Of a stretch of 64,000 nucleotides of DNA, positions 47,585 through 59,011 are shown one piece after another. The notes under the pieces were generated by a model. It made no database searches, was not told the DNA's origin, and saw only the letters and a program-made list of their open reading frames with translations. The DNA comes from an uncultured Nitrososphaeraceae archaeon (GTDB lineage Archaea > Thermoproteota > Nitrososphaeria > Nitrososphaerales > Nitrososphaeraceae), in the NCBI GenBank assembly GCA_963729045.1, contig CAVSMN010000017.1, forward strand, positions 1 to 64,000, read 5' to 3'. A program made the position numbers and the translations under genes. Numbering within the stretch: position 1 is the first letter of the stretch; each line of letters starts with the position of its first letter.

Positions 47585-48202
47585 TTAATGCCATGGCCAG
47601 ATCCCATTACTACTGCTTTGACCATTGTATCCCCATGGGCCTTTCCAGTGTCCAAAGCCAAATAGATCATTTCCCTGTCTTTGTCTATATCCATGTTCAT
47701 CTGAAAATCCAAGCATTCCATGTCCTCTACCTTGATCTCCTGGTTTCTCAAAGAAATTCATCGTCTGTATACCCTCTGATTTGTACAGCACAGAACCATT
47801 ACCTGCATCAACAATTGTCTTATATCCTGTGTGGTTGACTGGATTTATTGCAAAAAATTTGTATACCAAATATCCTTGGTCCACTCCTAAGTGACCTCCC
47901 AATAAAATAGTGTCATTATTGAATTGTCTTGCGACAATATCAGCTGCTTGAATGAAAGATGTCTTTAAATCATTTTCAATAGCGGATTGTGCTTTTTCCA
48001 ACACATTTATCGAACCGTTGATCCTTGGTGATTGTTCCCCCAATATTTCACTTTCATTGGTGGTCATGTTTGATGACTGAAGGGCAGTAACAAAAGTTAT
48101 TACTGGGCTTGTCAAGAAAACTCCCATGATAATAACAGTAGTTATAATAACCACATATAGTATCATTTTATTTTTTGCTCTATTTGAGTTTATTTTTGTC
48201 AT
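47585..48202 (-). CDS. Secreted PepSY-like protein
   Basis: GYLVY...IVDAGNGSVL; His/Gly-rich tail. Confidence 0.7.
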   Translation of the reverse strand: MTKINSNRAKNKMILYVVIITTVIIMGVFLTSPVITFVTALQSSNMTTNESEILGEQSPRINGSINVLEKAQSAIENDLKTSFIQAADIVARQFNNDTILLGGHLGVDQGYLVYKFFAINPVNHTGYKTIVDAGNGSVLYKSEGIQTMNFFEKPGDQGRGHGMLGFSDEHGYRQRQGNDLFGFGHWKGPWGYNGQSSSNGIWPWH

Positions 48203-48764
48203 TGTGACATATTACGAAATTGTTGTAATAACCATTGTTTACCTTTGATACGTAACTTAGTTACTCGACTTCTCCAAAGGATCTTAAATGTATTAGCATC
48301 CATTACAAATGTTGAATAAATGAATTAGTTCGAAGGAAATGTCTGTTCAATAGAATATGAGATAACTATTACCCTATCTAGGTAGCTCGCCATATAACAA
48401 ACATTTGATAAATGGTAAATAGATTATTCTCTTTATCATGATATAGATTGACTCACAAATCCGCTAGTTATATTGGAATAAATCTGAACCCCAATTTTTT
48501 AAATTAAAAAATACATTATTTCAAAGCACTTAATATATTCCAAATGGTCATCAATATAGCATCTAATAGTTTGAATGTTGGATTAAAAGAATGAAGTTCT
48601 TAAACGTACTTTTAACTGCATATTTTCTTGGGATTATCAAGGTTTTCGGGATGATAAACTGTCACTCCTTGCTCTTAAATTGAGGAAATTAAGTTGAATA
48701 TCGATAGTATAAAAAAAATAAGGAAATAAAATATTATATTTGATGCTTCTATAGTAGCTTACAT

Positions 48765-48968
48765 CTAATAAGGTGTAGTTGAGTTGTCAGTACCTGTGGT
48801 ATTTCCACTCGTACCTGTTGTATTTGAGGCTGCAGCATCTGTTGTTGAGCTTGCGTCACCACTTGGTGTCGTTGGGGCTTGAGCCATTGCTGAAAATGTA
48901 AAGGTACCTGCCATCAAGGAAGCTGTTGCAAGAATACTTGCTATTGCAAATAAGTAGATTTTATTCAT
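48765..48968 (-). CDS. Small secreted Thr/Ser-rich protein
   Basis: Paralog of 28753..28956; upstream region also similar. Confidence 0.75.
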   Translation of the reverse strand: MNKIYLFAIASILATASLMAGTFTFSAMAQAPTTPSGDASSTTDAAASNTTGTSGNTTGTDNSTTPY

Positions 48969-49243
48969 GGTTTTTTAGATTATAAATTATCACTTATATT
49001 TATTATCTAAAACATTGCTATACTTTTGTTACATTCAGGTTATATAGTATGTTGTAAAATGAAGCTCTTTTTAATACAATAAATAACATAAAATCCTACC
49101 TGTTCCGCATAATTCATGATAAAAATTTAACATACTATGATCACACTCTGATCTCCGTGACCATTTGTGTGAAGTATAGAAAAGAGGAAAAGCCATTCAC
49201 GATTTCAGCGAGCTTCTACTTCCTTGTCAAACTAATTCATCCC

Positions 49244-49519
49244 TTAAGATGATATCAACCTTTTAAGATCTAAAAAAACTTCCTTGGTAATTTCGCCCTT
49301 TGCTAATCGTATCTTGAGTATCTGTTCCGGGTTGTTTTCCGTATTGGAAGTACCCTTAATCCTTGACTTTGTCAATCCTGCAGCAAGGGTCGATGTGAAG
49401 GAACTAGTAATTCCAATACCAAGAAACATAGTGATGGTTCCCACTATTATCCCTACATCGGTGGTTGGATTGGGTCCGAATGTAGCTGTTGATGTAGTTT
49501 GGATCGTCCACCACACCAA
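49244..49519 (-). pseudogene. Ion-channel pore-like fragment fused to SHOCT
   Basis: WWTIQT.ST..FG...P.T..G then a TM helix and RLAKGEITKE; the N-terminal TM appears missing. Confidence 0.6.
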
Positions 49520-49560
49520 AGCAAATATAAAAAAAAGGAATGTATTAATTCTCTAAAAAA

Positions 49561-49797
49561 CTAATTTTCTGTTTTTACGAATGGATCAATTTTTTGCTCG
49601 CTTGAATATATATCATCTGTATTGTTAGGATCTCCCTGTCTATGAGCATGTTTGATGTGATCATCTAGTTCAATCTTATTGCGCGCAACAAGTCCACATA
49701 TACTGCATCTTTCTCCGCCAGGTTTTTTATGGTCTGAATTTTCTTTTTGTGAAAACTCTTGCACCGGTGGTAATTCTGATCCTGGATCTGAACCCAT
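49561..49797 (-). CDS. Small C2H2 Zn-finger protein
   Basis: CSIC........L..HIKHAH. Confidence 0.65.
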   Translation of the reverse strand: MGSDPGSELPPVQEFSQKENSDHKKPGGERCSICGLVARNKIELDDHIKHAHRQGDPNNTDDIYSSEQKIDPFVKTEN

Positions 49798-50426
49798 ATT
49801 TAAAATATTGTGGTTTGAATATTAAACTCTTTCAATAAAATCAAAAACTTTTCAGTTTATCACCAGGTGTTTTACTCATCTTGGTTTCCCGTTAGTGAAG
49901 TAAAATGTAATTTGAAAACGGTATGAGGAATTAGTCCCTCGAGATTGCTAATAGATACTTATAAGTTGTTGTGCTTTTTCTATGTTTTCACAAATTATTT
50001 ATCCAGCATAATTCTAATCGCAACAAAAGGGCCAAATGTGTTAGGAGGATCAATTCTGAGACAGGCAAGACAGGAGCATCTCTTCTTTTAGACAAATTTT
50101 ATAATTAGAAACGATGACCTGGTTGGAATCTAATAGAAAACTGGGGAGAATGAAGGATAAAAAAGTTTTTAATGCAATATTTGAGAACACAAAATTCTGC
50201 AAAAGGACCCGGAATATCAATATTAACTATGTTGTAAATATGATATCTTATTTTGAAGGAATCGAATGTATTTTCGTCATCTTCCTCATTAATGTTAGAC
50301 TTGATACCTTCTTCATTTAGACCTATATGTTATCGTTAATAATCAGATACCAAAACATATAAACGACATTACAAACATCAAAAACTATTTAAGTTTAGAT
50401 CCATATGGGTAGTTATTTGAAATCGC

Positions 50427-51191
50427 ATGACCCAGATAACTCCTAATGTCCACTCAATAGAAGGTATAACTCATCCTGATCCGCGTGGAAAGGTATTTCC
50501 TTATTTGTTTGTGGAAGATCAAGATGATTTGACATTAATCGATCCTTCTTTTCTATCACAGTTACCAATAATTGAAAACTATCTGCTTGATATAGGTTAT
50601 GATATCAAGCATGTAAAACGTATAATCCTAACCCATGTCCATGTGGATCATGCACAAGCTGCCAATGAAGTAAAGAGGAAATCAGGTGCCAAGATTTATT
50701 CCCACTGGATTGAGGCAAGATATCTGAACCAGAACCCTCCATACTTGGGTCCTCCTTCTACACAAGAAACGGTTGAAAAATTAGAGAAGCTTGGAGTCTC
50801 AATGGGCGATTTAATAAAAGAATATGGAAGTTTCGATGTCGAACCTATTAATGTTGATCAGCAGGTGTCCGATGGGGATATGATTGGGAGTCTCAAGGTC
50901 ATCCACACTCCTGGGCATACACCCGGACATATATCACTATATCATGAAAAGGATAAACTTCTTCTGGGAGCAGATAGTATATACAAACACGTATTTGGTG
51001 CAGAGGGTATGTATATATCTGCACCCCAAGTATCGATAGACCCAGTTACAGCAATAGTGTCTGCACAAAGGCTCTCTAAAGTTAATTTTGATAAGTTATT
51101 GATGGCCCATCAGGATTCGCCATTGTTGGAAGGAGCTAGAGAGGCTGTCGAAACACTAGTGGCTGAAAGCATAAAAAAACTAAAGGGATAG
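50427..51191 (+). CDS. MBL-fold metallo-hydrolase
   Basis: THVHVDH, TPGHTPGH, GAD and AH. Confidence 0.9.
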   Translation: MTQITPNVHSIEGITHPDPRGKVFPYLFVEDQDDLTLIDPSFLSQLPIIENYLLDIGYDIKHVKRIILTHVHVDHAQAANEVKRKSGAKIYSHWIEARYLNQNPPYLGPPSTQETVEKLEKLGVSMGDLIKEYGSFDVEPINVDQQVSDGDMIGSLKVIHTPGHTPGHISLYHEKDKLLLGADSIYKHVFGAEGMYISAPQVSIDPVTAIVSAQRLSKVNFDKLLMAHQDSPLLEGAREAVETLVAESIKKLKG

Positions 51192-51865
51192 AAGTGTGAA
51201 CCCATCTCTGTTACATTTCTGATTAACCCTGTGATTACTACCTACGCTTTTTAGTTATACAGCAAAAATCAGTCATAGTAGTCGGTGGGTCGGACCATTG
51301 AACATCTTTCAGTGCATTACTCTCGACATCCTGCTACCTGGCAAAGCCTTGAACTAGATTATATGACCTGTTACTCCAATATCATATTAATCGTTATAAA
51401 GCTCCGAAGATACTTTTTTTGTCTTATTTGTTTCAAAGAATTTCATTAAATCGAATTTATTGTAAACCTACTAAGTCAACTTGAAAATATAAAACCTAAT
51501 GAATTCAAAGTAATATTATGTCTAAATCCTGCTCATCTTGTTGATTATCCTTAGAAAATAGGATTTAAGAAAACTTTCTCCCCAGTTATCTGCTTTTAAG
51601 ATCATTTCCACGCTTAGAACTATGCCTATATGCAAGAACAAAAAAGAGCTTTGTTCACATAAAGATAATTTGTAGCTTGATGATTTTATTCTGAAAGGAT
51701 TACCAGATATAAGAATTATTTAAGGTAGATCCATTAGATTTGAATTCGGAAATGATATTTTATGTAAAATTGGGATCTAGTTATTTCATACAGGATAGAT
51801 TAATTTGTGCAGCCACTATGAAAATGATTAAAACAAAAAATAGAAAATGATAAAAGATTTGTGTA

Positions 51866-52342
51866 TTATTGTTGGGCTAATGCGTTATTTCCAGAATTTT
51901 CTTGGTTTTGGAAGTTGAAATTGTTGCCAGAATCCTTGGTATCACCTCCAGAAACTACTTGGCTGTTCTGTCTTGATGATTGAGATTGAACAATTGCCTG
52001 GGATGCACTATTACCACCATCATCATCATCATCATCGTTACTCTGGGCTAATGCGTTGTTTCCTGAATTTTCTTGGTTTTGGAAGTTGAAATTGTTGCCA
52101 GAATCCTCGGTATCACCTCCAGAAACTACTTGGCTGTTCTGGATAGAACGTTGAACTTGTGCTATTATTTGTGATGCACTATTACCATCATCATCATCAT
52201 CATTGTCATGGTCTTTTCCACCTGCAAATGCGATATTATTGGAAAAAATCATTCCAACTGGAGATACAGTCATTACAACTGCCATTGCTGTTACTACAGC
52301 CAAAATGGAGATTTGTTTCTTGTTGATATTGATATTAGTCAA
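51866..52342 (-). CDS. Secreted Asn/Gln/Ser-rich protein with a 57-aa internal duplication
   Basis: Repeat with 171-bp period (51873/52044); poly-Asp linkers. Confidence 0.8.
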   Translation of the reverse strand: MTNININKKQISILAVVTAMAVVMTVSPVGMIFSNNIAFAGGKDHDNDDDDDGNSASQIIAQVQRSIQNSQVVSGGDTEDSGNNFNFQNQENSGNNALAQSNDDDDDDGGNSASQAIVQSQSSRQNSQVVSGGDTKDSGNNFNFQNQENSGNNALAQQ

Positions 52343-52927
52343 TTTGATAAATACAACATAATAATATACGATATAACTTGTATCAAAAACCGTTATCGTA
52401 AAATTATTGATAAGAATCTAATATAACAGTTTACTAGATTCTTGAAAAAGATAAATTAAAAAATTGAAGACCATAAAATCCAACATTCATGACTATTACA
52501 GTATAGATTGATGAAGATCATGGTCACGGCATTTGGTCCCAGATTACTAGATTTAGTAGCATAATTCGAAAGAAGAAATTTTTGATATAGCATCGTAGAA
52601 ATTCGCTTTTTCAAACTTCATGTATATGGTCCAATTCAACCATAATATGTCATCTAATGTTTACATACAACATATTTAAAGAAGTGCGTCGCTCAAAATA
52701 AGTCATCGTGCAAAATGCCCATGGAGTGACTTTCATCATAAAAGAGATGGTAAAGCACCTCGTTATCTTGCTATTTATCAATGGTATTTTCCTATTCCTT
52801 ATCCACAAAAGAACAAAATCAGCAACAGAATACAACATCAAGTTAATTGGACAGCCGACTAACTACTTTGAATTTAGCGCCGCCGTCATAGGAATATCGT
52901 CTGCAGTTATTGCAATTTTGATTGTAA

Positions 52928-53439
52928 TTGTTATTCGATCAAAACATAATGATAATCATTGCTGCTGTATTCATTTCTCTTGGGGCGGGGCGACAGATTT
53001 TTGCCTCGGCACTGGATGTCATAACAACGAACCTGAACGCCTTTTTGTCATCTTGGACATCAATTCTTCATTTGTTTGCAAAGAATAGACAGATGGGGAC
53101 GACACGAGGACGACAGATTGGAATACCATAGAAAGTAATCTCGAACTGATACTCATTAGCACGGGTAGGTATGATTTGCCTGTTAAACTTGATGGGGTAA
53201 AACCAGAATCTCAGCAAATATTATTAGATTATCTGGATGAGCATAAATTGGAATTAGAATATCAACAGGCTATTACAGATGATGATGCTAGCTGTCTTGC
53301 ATTTACCCAATACGCAATTAAACAGATGAGAGAGAAGTTGCTGTTATATAATGAACTGGAAGAACTACAGGAAAGAAGCGGAGGCGTTAATGCAATAATC
53401 TTGATAGCATTGGGAACGTTGATTTGGTTAATTTCATAG
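52928..53439 (+). pseudogene. Fragmented membrane protein
   Basis: ORFs 52928..53131 and 53176..53439 probably one broken gene. Confidence 0.35.
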
Positions 53440-53960
53440 TTTTGTGTTACTACTATTATTGTGTATGCAGTAATTGAACAATAAAATCCCTGATAAGATT
53501 TTGTAAACACAGAGATTTCACCTCAACAAACCAATATATGGCGTTTCCCTAGCCAGACTGTGTATTGATGGTACCGTATGTCAGAACCCAAAGAATTATC
53601 ATAGTATTGTTATGCTCACTGGTACTAAATAGCAATTTTTCTACAACTGAATATGTTTGATATTCCTGTTCCTTGCTACAAAGAACCCCAAGAATAATTA
53701 ATACTGCAAAGAAATGTTATAGTAAGACAGGGGACAGTTGTCATTTATCCTAGATTCATCAAACTAATCAATGCCCTTCGTGCTGCCGTGGAGAATGAGG
53801 AGGTTGCTAGATAAAGAATCAATTGGATAAATCAAGAAACACACACACGGCGAGGACAAAGTAGACTTTTAAAGTTCTGCATTGTTAGAAGCTTTTTTCC
53901 GCTAGGTATTGTATAGATACATACAACAACCATGAGGACAAATCAGTCTTCAATCAAGGC

Positions 53961-54242
53961 TTAGTTTTCTCCTGAAGGAACAAATGGAGTCTGAGGCTCA
54001 TTACAAATTGTTGGCCCATCATCCCGGGCATCAAAACAATTAACATCAGTTATGTTAGAAGTAGACTTTTTTTTACAGGAAGGATCCTCGTCTGTTGTTG
54101 AACTAAAAGGTGAATTTGGAAATGCGCATTCATCTTCTGGCAGCGGTTGTCCTTGAATTTGAATTGGTAAGGCAATTAAAGTAACAGTTGTCATAAACAA
54201 GGGTATCAAATATATAAAATGAAATAATCTTTTATTTGGCAC
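53961..54242 (-). CDS. Small secreted Cys-containing protein, paralog of 17292..17615
   Basis: Shared N-terminus, linker KK.TSN and promoter. Confidence 0.75.
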   Translation of the reverse strand: MPNKRLFHFIYLIPLFMTTVTLIALPIQIQGQPLPEDECAFPNSPFSSTTDEDPSCKKKSTSNITDVNCFDARDDGPTICNEPQTPFVPSGEN

Positions 54243-54680
54243 ACATTATTGATCCAAACCTATTTTATAAGATTTGCTATTAGTTTTGAATATTTCCTCA
54301 TCCTATAACATACATTAAATTAGTGGTTAAAATCAATATAGGTCTCGTTAGACATTCAATAATAATAAATTCATTGTCTTTGGTAACCAATATTGATAAC
54401 TATTCATTATGATATAACCAATTCTTAGGACATAATTTGAATAATCAGTGATTGAAAGTAGAATAGACCTTTTCAATTGAAAAGATTGATGAGTATTATC
54501 TATTCGTTTCTCATTATCGTAAAACTAAAAAAAATCAAGCGATTTGGACTCGTAATAAATTTATTACTAAACCCACAGGAAACCGATCCTTTGATTGATC
54601 TTGACTGAGACCCAAAGAAAAATCCGGTTAGATGATTGTCGAAGGATATGCGTTTGAAAAAGGTTACACAGTGAATAACC

Positions 54681-54731
54681 TAACCCACAAATTGTACCGT
54701 TAACAATATAAATCCTACCCGGCTATGAAAA
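54681..54731 (+). repeat. Dyad + tRNA-Val-3' att-like site
   Basis: aacccacaaattgtaccgttaacaatataaatcctacccggctatgaaaa. Confidence 0.85.
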
Positions 54732-54797
54732 TACTTTCTGATCATATAAGGTGAATGTGAAGGAAAATCCTTGACACGAAGTTAACAGGTATAAAAT

Positions 54798-55088
54798 TTA
54801 CTCAATAATCCTATTCTCTCGTATTCTTTTTTCCTCTTCGGCCATTCCCTCATCCGTAATGCTAAATTCGTTACCATTTGATATTTCTACCAACTTTGAG
54901 TTGTTCCATAATTTGATCAAGTCTACCTTCAAATACGCTTGATCTAATGAAGATACTCGGTCCTCTAATTCTTGGATGGGGACTTTTTCTTGGCGTTCTC
55001 TTTTTTTTAGATAAAGATGTGCTAATATAATACTCTGAATCTTTCGTTCTGCCTCTTCATCGGATTCAAAACTCGATATGTTATTCAT
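54798..55088 (-). CDS. 96-aa protein; cassette gene copy 2
   Basis: 93 of 96 aa identical to 22335..22625. Confidence 0.85.
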   Translation of the reverse strand: MNNISSFESDEEAERKIQSIILAHLYLKKRERQEKVPIQELEDRVSSLDQAYLKVDLIKLWNNSKLVEISNGNEFSITDEGMAEEEKRIRENRIIE

Positions 55089-55227
55089 ACTATTGAGATG
55101 TTAAAGTTGTTTAAATTCTTAACATGATTGAGTAGAATTTCTCTGATTCATATCTAAAGATATTAGAATATCAGAATATTGCAACTAGTTACCCTATCTT
55201 AAATACTTGATCTCCCAATGGTTATAG

Positions 55228-55653
55228 ATGACAAAATTAAACAAATTCAAATCTACTCATATATTTGGAGTAAGCGTTTTTATGGTCGCTCTAGTAGCGG
55301 GAACAATATTTAACTCACTCTCCATAGACGGTGTTTTTGGTAAACCTGTAGACGGTGGAAAGAAGAATTGTAAATCAGATTTTTTCTCCCGAACCTGCTG
55401 TTGGGCTGAAAGCAACGGTTACTTTATTTTTGAACGGTGTGAAACCTGCATTGATAATGGAGATGGTACATATGGACAATGTAAAACTGATGATCATCCA
55501 TTTAAAACAGATGAATCAGGCTCCAATATTGAGCATGATGACAACAGAGTACAAAATGATGATGGAGTCTTAGCAGATTCACAGGATTCTGATGTAGAAA
55601 CGAATAATCAAGTCCCGCTTGGTGGTGGTGGAGTATTTAGTAAACAACAATAA
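55228..55653 (+). CDS. Secreted Cys-rich protein with acidic tail
   Basis: Signal peptide; C..CCW..CETC..C. Confidence 0.75.
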   Translation: MTKLNKFKSTHIFGVSVFMVALVAGTIFNSLSIDGVFGKPVDGGKKNCKSDFFSRTCCWAESNGYFIFERCETCIDNGDGTYGQCKTDDHPFKTDESGSNIEHDDNRVQNDDGVLADSQDSDVETNNQVPLGGGGVFSKQQ

Positions 55654-56133
55654 TGCAGATTAAAAGGATCTCAAAGTATTTTCTATCCTATTTTTGAAAT
55701 TACTTGCAAGGATTAAAAACTATAAGCATCAGATAACAGACTGGTTTAACTTGCTTTCTCAATTGAAGAACACAAAGTGTTGATTCAACAAGTGATTTTC
55801 TAGAAGCACTGGCACGAGGCAAAAGGCGGGATCTTTGAACAACAACTACACCTAATGATCTTTAACACATTAATCTTTGCACGGGATCAAGAATTATTCG
55901 CGTTAATTGAAGCGCTCAAATCTACTAAAGTTCATTTTTCGCACCTAACCATTGATAAATTTTTGCATAGATAGAAAGAGCCAAAGTAAGCCTAAAACAA
56001 TATTCAAAATCACAAAGTAGCGAGATTAATTCTAAATGATAATCCTCCAATCACCAATTCTCTAATTATAAGAATTTATAGTTTTGGAAATTATTGACAA
56101 TGGTTAAATATTAGTATACAACAGGATAAGATC

Positions 56134-56608
56134 ATGATTCATAAACCATGTCTTTGGAAAAAGTCGGTATTTGTTATGACATTAGCGTTTATTTCAACAA
56201 TAATTTTCATAAGTGCACCAATTGTAAACAGTGTAAATGCGGCAGACAAAGAAGGCCCAGATTACGTTTGTAGACATGTTTCAGGTAGTGGCACTATAGG
56301 CCAAGTAAAATGTTGCTCTACTATATCGACCAATCCAAATTGATATTTGTGATAATACCACTCCACCAAGCAATTGTCAACCTGCTACAGTCGGAAAATT
56401 CAATCCAGGTAACGTTCTTCATTCAAATAATGGTGGAGTATTAAGTCAAAATGATGATTCATCTGACTCAACAGGCATTGATTCTAGCATAAATCAACAA
56501 GGAGGTACATTTAACGCTGATCAGGGCTCCAACAGTCCAAGTGATTCAGAAAATAAAGTTGATTCAAACAAAATCATTGAAGGAGGGAGTTTTAATCAAT
56601 AAACATAC
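56134..56608 (+). pseudogene. Secreted Cys-rich protein, frameshifted near 56341
   Basis: C...KCC, then the shifted frame ICDNTTPPSNC...GGVL..GGTF; 3' end approximate. Confidence 0.6.
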
Positions 56609-56764
56609 TGAAGAACATAAGTCCTTTTTTGTTGTGAAAATGCAGCGAAAACCACGGCCCTATCCTGAGATTGACCTTGGGTTATTAGACAAGAAACAAG
56701 GGATTTATGCTAGTATCCACGAATAAATACGAACTAGTGGTGTAATCATGAATGGTTTTGTTCG

Positions 56765-56811
56765 AACCACAAAATTGTACCGTTAACAATATAAATTCGA
56801 CCCGGCCATAT
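56765..56811 (+). repeat. Dyad + tRNA-Val-3' att-like site
   Basis: aaccacaaaattgtaccgttaacaatataaattcgacccggccatat. Confidence 0.85.
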
Positions 56812-57048
56812 GGGATTTCTAAGTATTTGTTAGGTTCTTTATTATCATTTGAAAATTTCAGGCCCATAGATGCATCATCTTGATTTTCTAATGATAGATT
56901 CGTATTGTAATTCGTTATGGTAACAATATAGCCAGAAGTCCTACTTACCTATTGATTTTTCTTCTACTCATAAACTGAAAATAACTGTATTAACAGATGT
57001 AAAATAATTCTTAGATATTATTAAATAATTCGTTTTGATAATATACTT

Positions 57049-57618
57049 ATGTTTCCAGATCCGACAGTGTTTCCAGATCCGACAGAGTTTATTTCTGAAT
57101 TTATTCTACCATCCTTTAGAAAAATTCTAGTAACCCATGATGGAAAAGATAAATCAAATAAGGCGATTAATTACGCTATTTATTTATCAAAATTGTCTGG
57201 TGCCGAGATAACAATTCTACAAATAATTACTGATACAAAACAATTAAGAGACACTTCAGGAAATATCTCTAACAATCGACCATATTCACCATCGTCATCA
57301 CAATCTTCTCCAAAAATATCAAACCCCCAGTCAACTGCTGCAAGAAAACAAGATTACATGAAGTACATTGAGGGAGACTTGATAGATTCGATGGAAGAGA
57401 AAATAAAGAAAATTGAACATGCTGGTTGTAAGAATAAAGTTTCATATAAATTTAGGACGGGTAACATAATAGATGAAATAGTAGGTGAAATTAATGAAAT
57501 GAATTATGACTTAGTTATATTAACATCTTCTCATTTAAGTTCCTGGATGGAATCACTGTTTAGTAACACAAGGAAGATAATAAGTAATATACACACCAGT
57601 GTTTTGATACCTCAATAA
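57049..57618 (+). CDS. Universal stress protein (UspA family)
   Basis: KILVTHDG...S.KA..YA, G...DEIV and DLVIL; 18-bp duplication at the 5' end. Confidence 0.85.
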   Translation: MFPDPTVFPDPTEFISEFILPSFRKILVTHDGKDKSNKAINYAIYLSKLSGAEITILQIITDTKQLRDTSGNISNNRPYSPSSSQSSPKISNPQSTAARKQDYMKYIEGDLIDSMEEKIKKIEHAGCKNKVSYKFRTGNIIDEIVGEINEMNYDLVILTSSHLSSWMESLFSNTRKIISNIHTSVLIPQ

Positions 57619-58145
57619 ATATCATTATTACCGAATCCTTATGATTTCGAATTGAGCAGTGTAATTAATTTCTCTGGATAGCTTTCTAAATATGCAGTTA
57701 GACAGACAATATAGCTGCACTACAATTTAGTAGAATCAGTTCGTCTTTTAATTTAACATTTATTTTTATCTAATCAAATCATATATAACATACGATGCAT
57801 CATCCTTTTCGATACCTTAAATAATGATTATCAAAATAACAGAATCTCAACGCATATGATCATAACCCAGCCAAACCATGGATTTTGGTCATACTTCATT
57901 TTGAATCTGTTACTCAATTCTAGAAAATCAGGAATAACTCTTTATATCCAATGATCAACCGATCATTTTCTGCCATATTGAAACTCAGTTGGACTAGCTA
58001 AATAATTTGCTGAAGGCTAATTGTACATATTAAAAAAATAAGGGCCATAGATTATTTATCGAAAATATCATTGTTGTGAAATCCAGTAAAACGATATTGA
58101 TTTGCATGGAAATCTTTTATATTTGGACAGACCATGAATATTCAA

Positions 58146-58460
58146 TGAATTTTAAGCCTAAAACATTTTTGTACTTTCGTACTAATTACTTTTGGTCTTT
58201 TTAGTATCGTTGAAATCAACTTATATCAAATATCGTATGCAACAATCTGTTTCGATTGTCCTGATGCGAACTTTCATTTAGATGAAGCAAAGAAATCAAT
58301 AGATAACGGCGACTATAACGGTGCAAAAAATCACATCGACCAGGCAAAGCAGTTGATTGGCCAACATGATTCCCCTAATCAGACTGATAGTCTGAAGACA
58401 ACCAATAATACTAATGCTGCAGTTGAATAAAATAACCCTGCCTCAATAACTGAATTATTA
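58146..58460 (+). pseudogene. Frameshifted secreted helical protein similar to 32388..32657
   Basis: Signal peptide, then DANFHLDEAKKSIDNGDYNGAKNHIDQA in another frame. Confidence 0.5.
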
Positions 58461-58738
58461 ATATTATCCATTATTTCTATAGATTTTACTAATTAAGAAT
58501 CATGTAATTATTAATTATGATTCGAGTTGTGTCTGTTGTAATTATTAATTAGTGCTCATATAGCGAATGAGAAAAAACCATTGTTAGATTTATCAACTCT
58601 TTCTTAAGATCAACAATACTCCATTATCAGAAGGAACTTATTCCTCCACTATTCCGGCCTAACCATCGTTTGAAAATTAGAATTATGTCTATGCGATATA
58701 GATTCAAACATGAACTATAGATTTAAGTGAATATGACC

Positions 58739-58764
58739 TAAATTTCACCCGGTGTATATAGATT
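58739..58764 (+). repeat. Degenerate att-like site
   Basis: aatttcacccggtgtatatagatt versus aatctgacccggtccatatagatt at 3617 (20/24 identical). Confidence 0.55.
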
Positions 58765-59011
58765 ATTTAAGATTAGAAAAAGAGTGGATTTTGTTTTCAC
58801 ATAAATAACTAATCCCGCGTCTTATCGTAATTATTAGACAAAAACCCAGCTCGTTGAAATTTATAGATATATCTTAATCATAGTCATAATTTGGTTGACT
58901 AATAAAGTTATTAAATCAAGATATTTTATGCGAGGTACAGTGGTTTCCGATTTTGCAGGTATTATTTTTGGAGTAGTTCATACATTGATGGATCAAATAA
59001 TTAAACGCCGA

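Noticed and set aside
55142..55175. Imperfect palindrome at the end of the duplicated segment
   Set aside because: It is absent from the 22.6 kb copy and AT-rich; it may be a factor site between divergent genes but is unsupported.
22247..56811. att-like repeats as CRISPR repeats
   Set aside because: They are spaced by hundreds to thousands of bp with whole genes between, and no cas genes are present.
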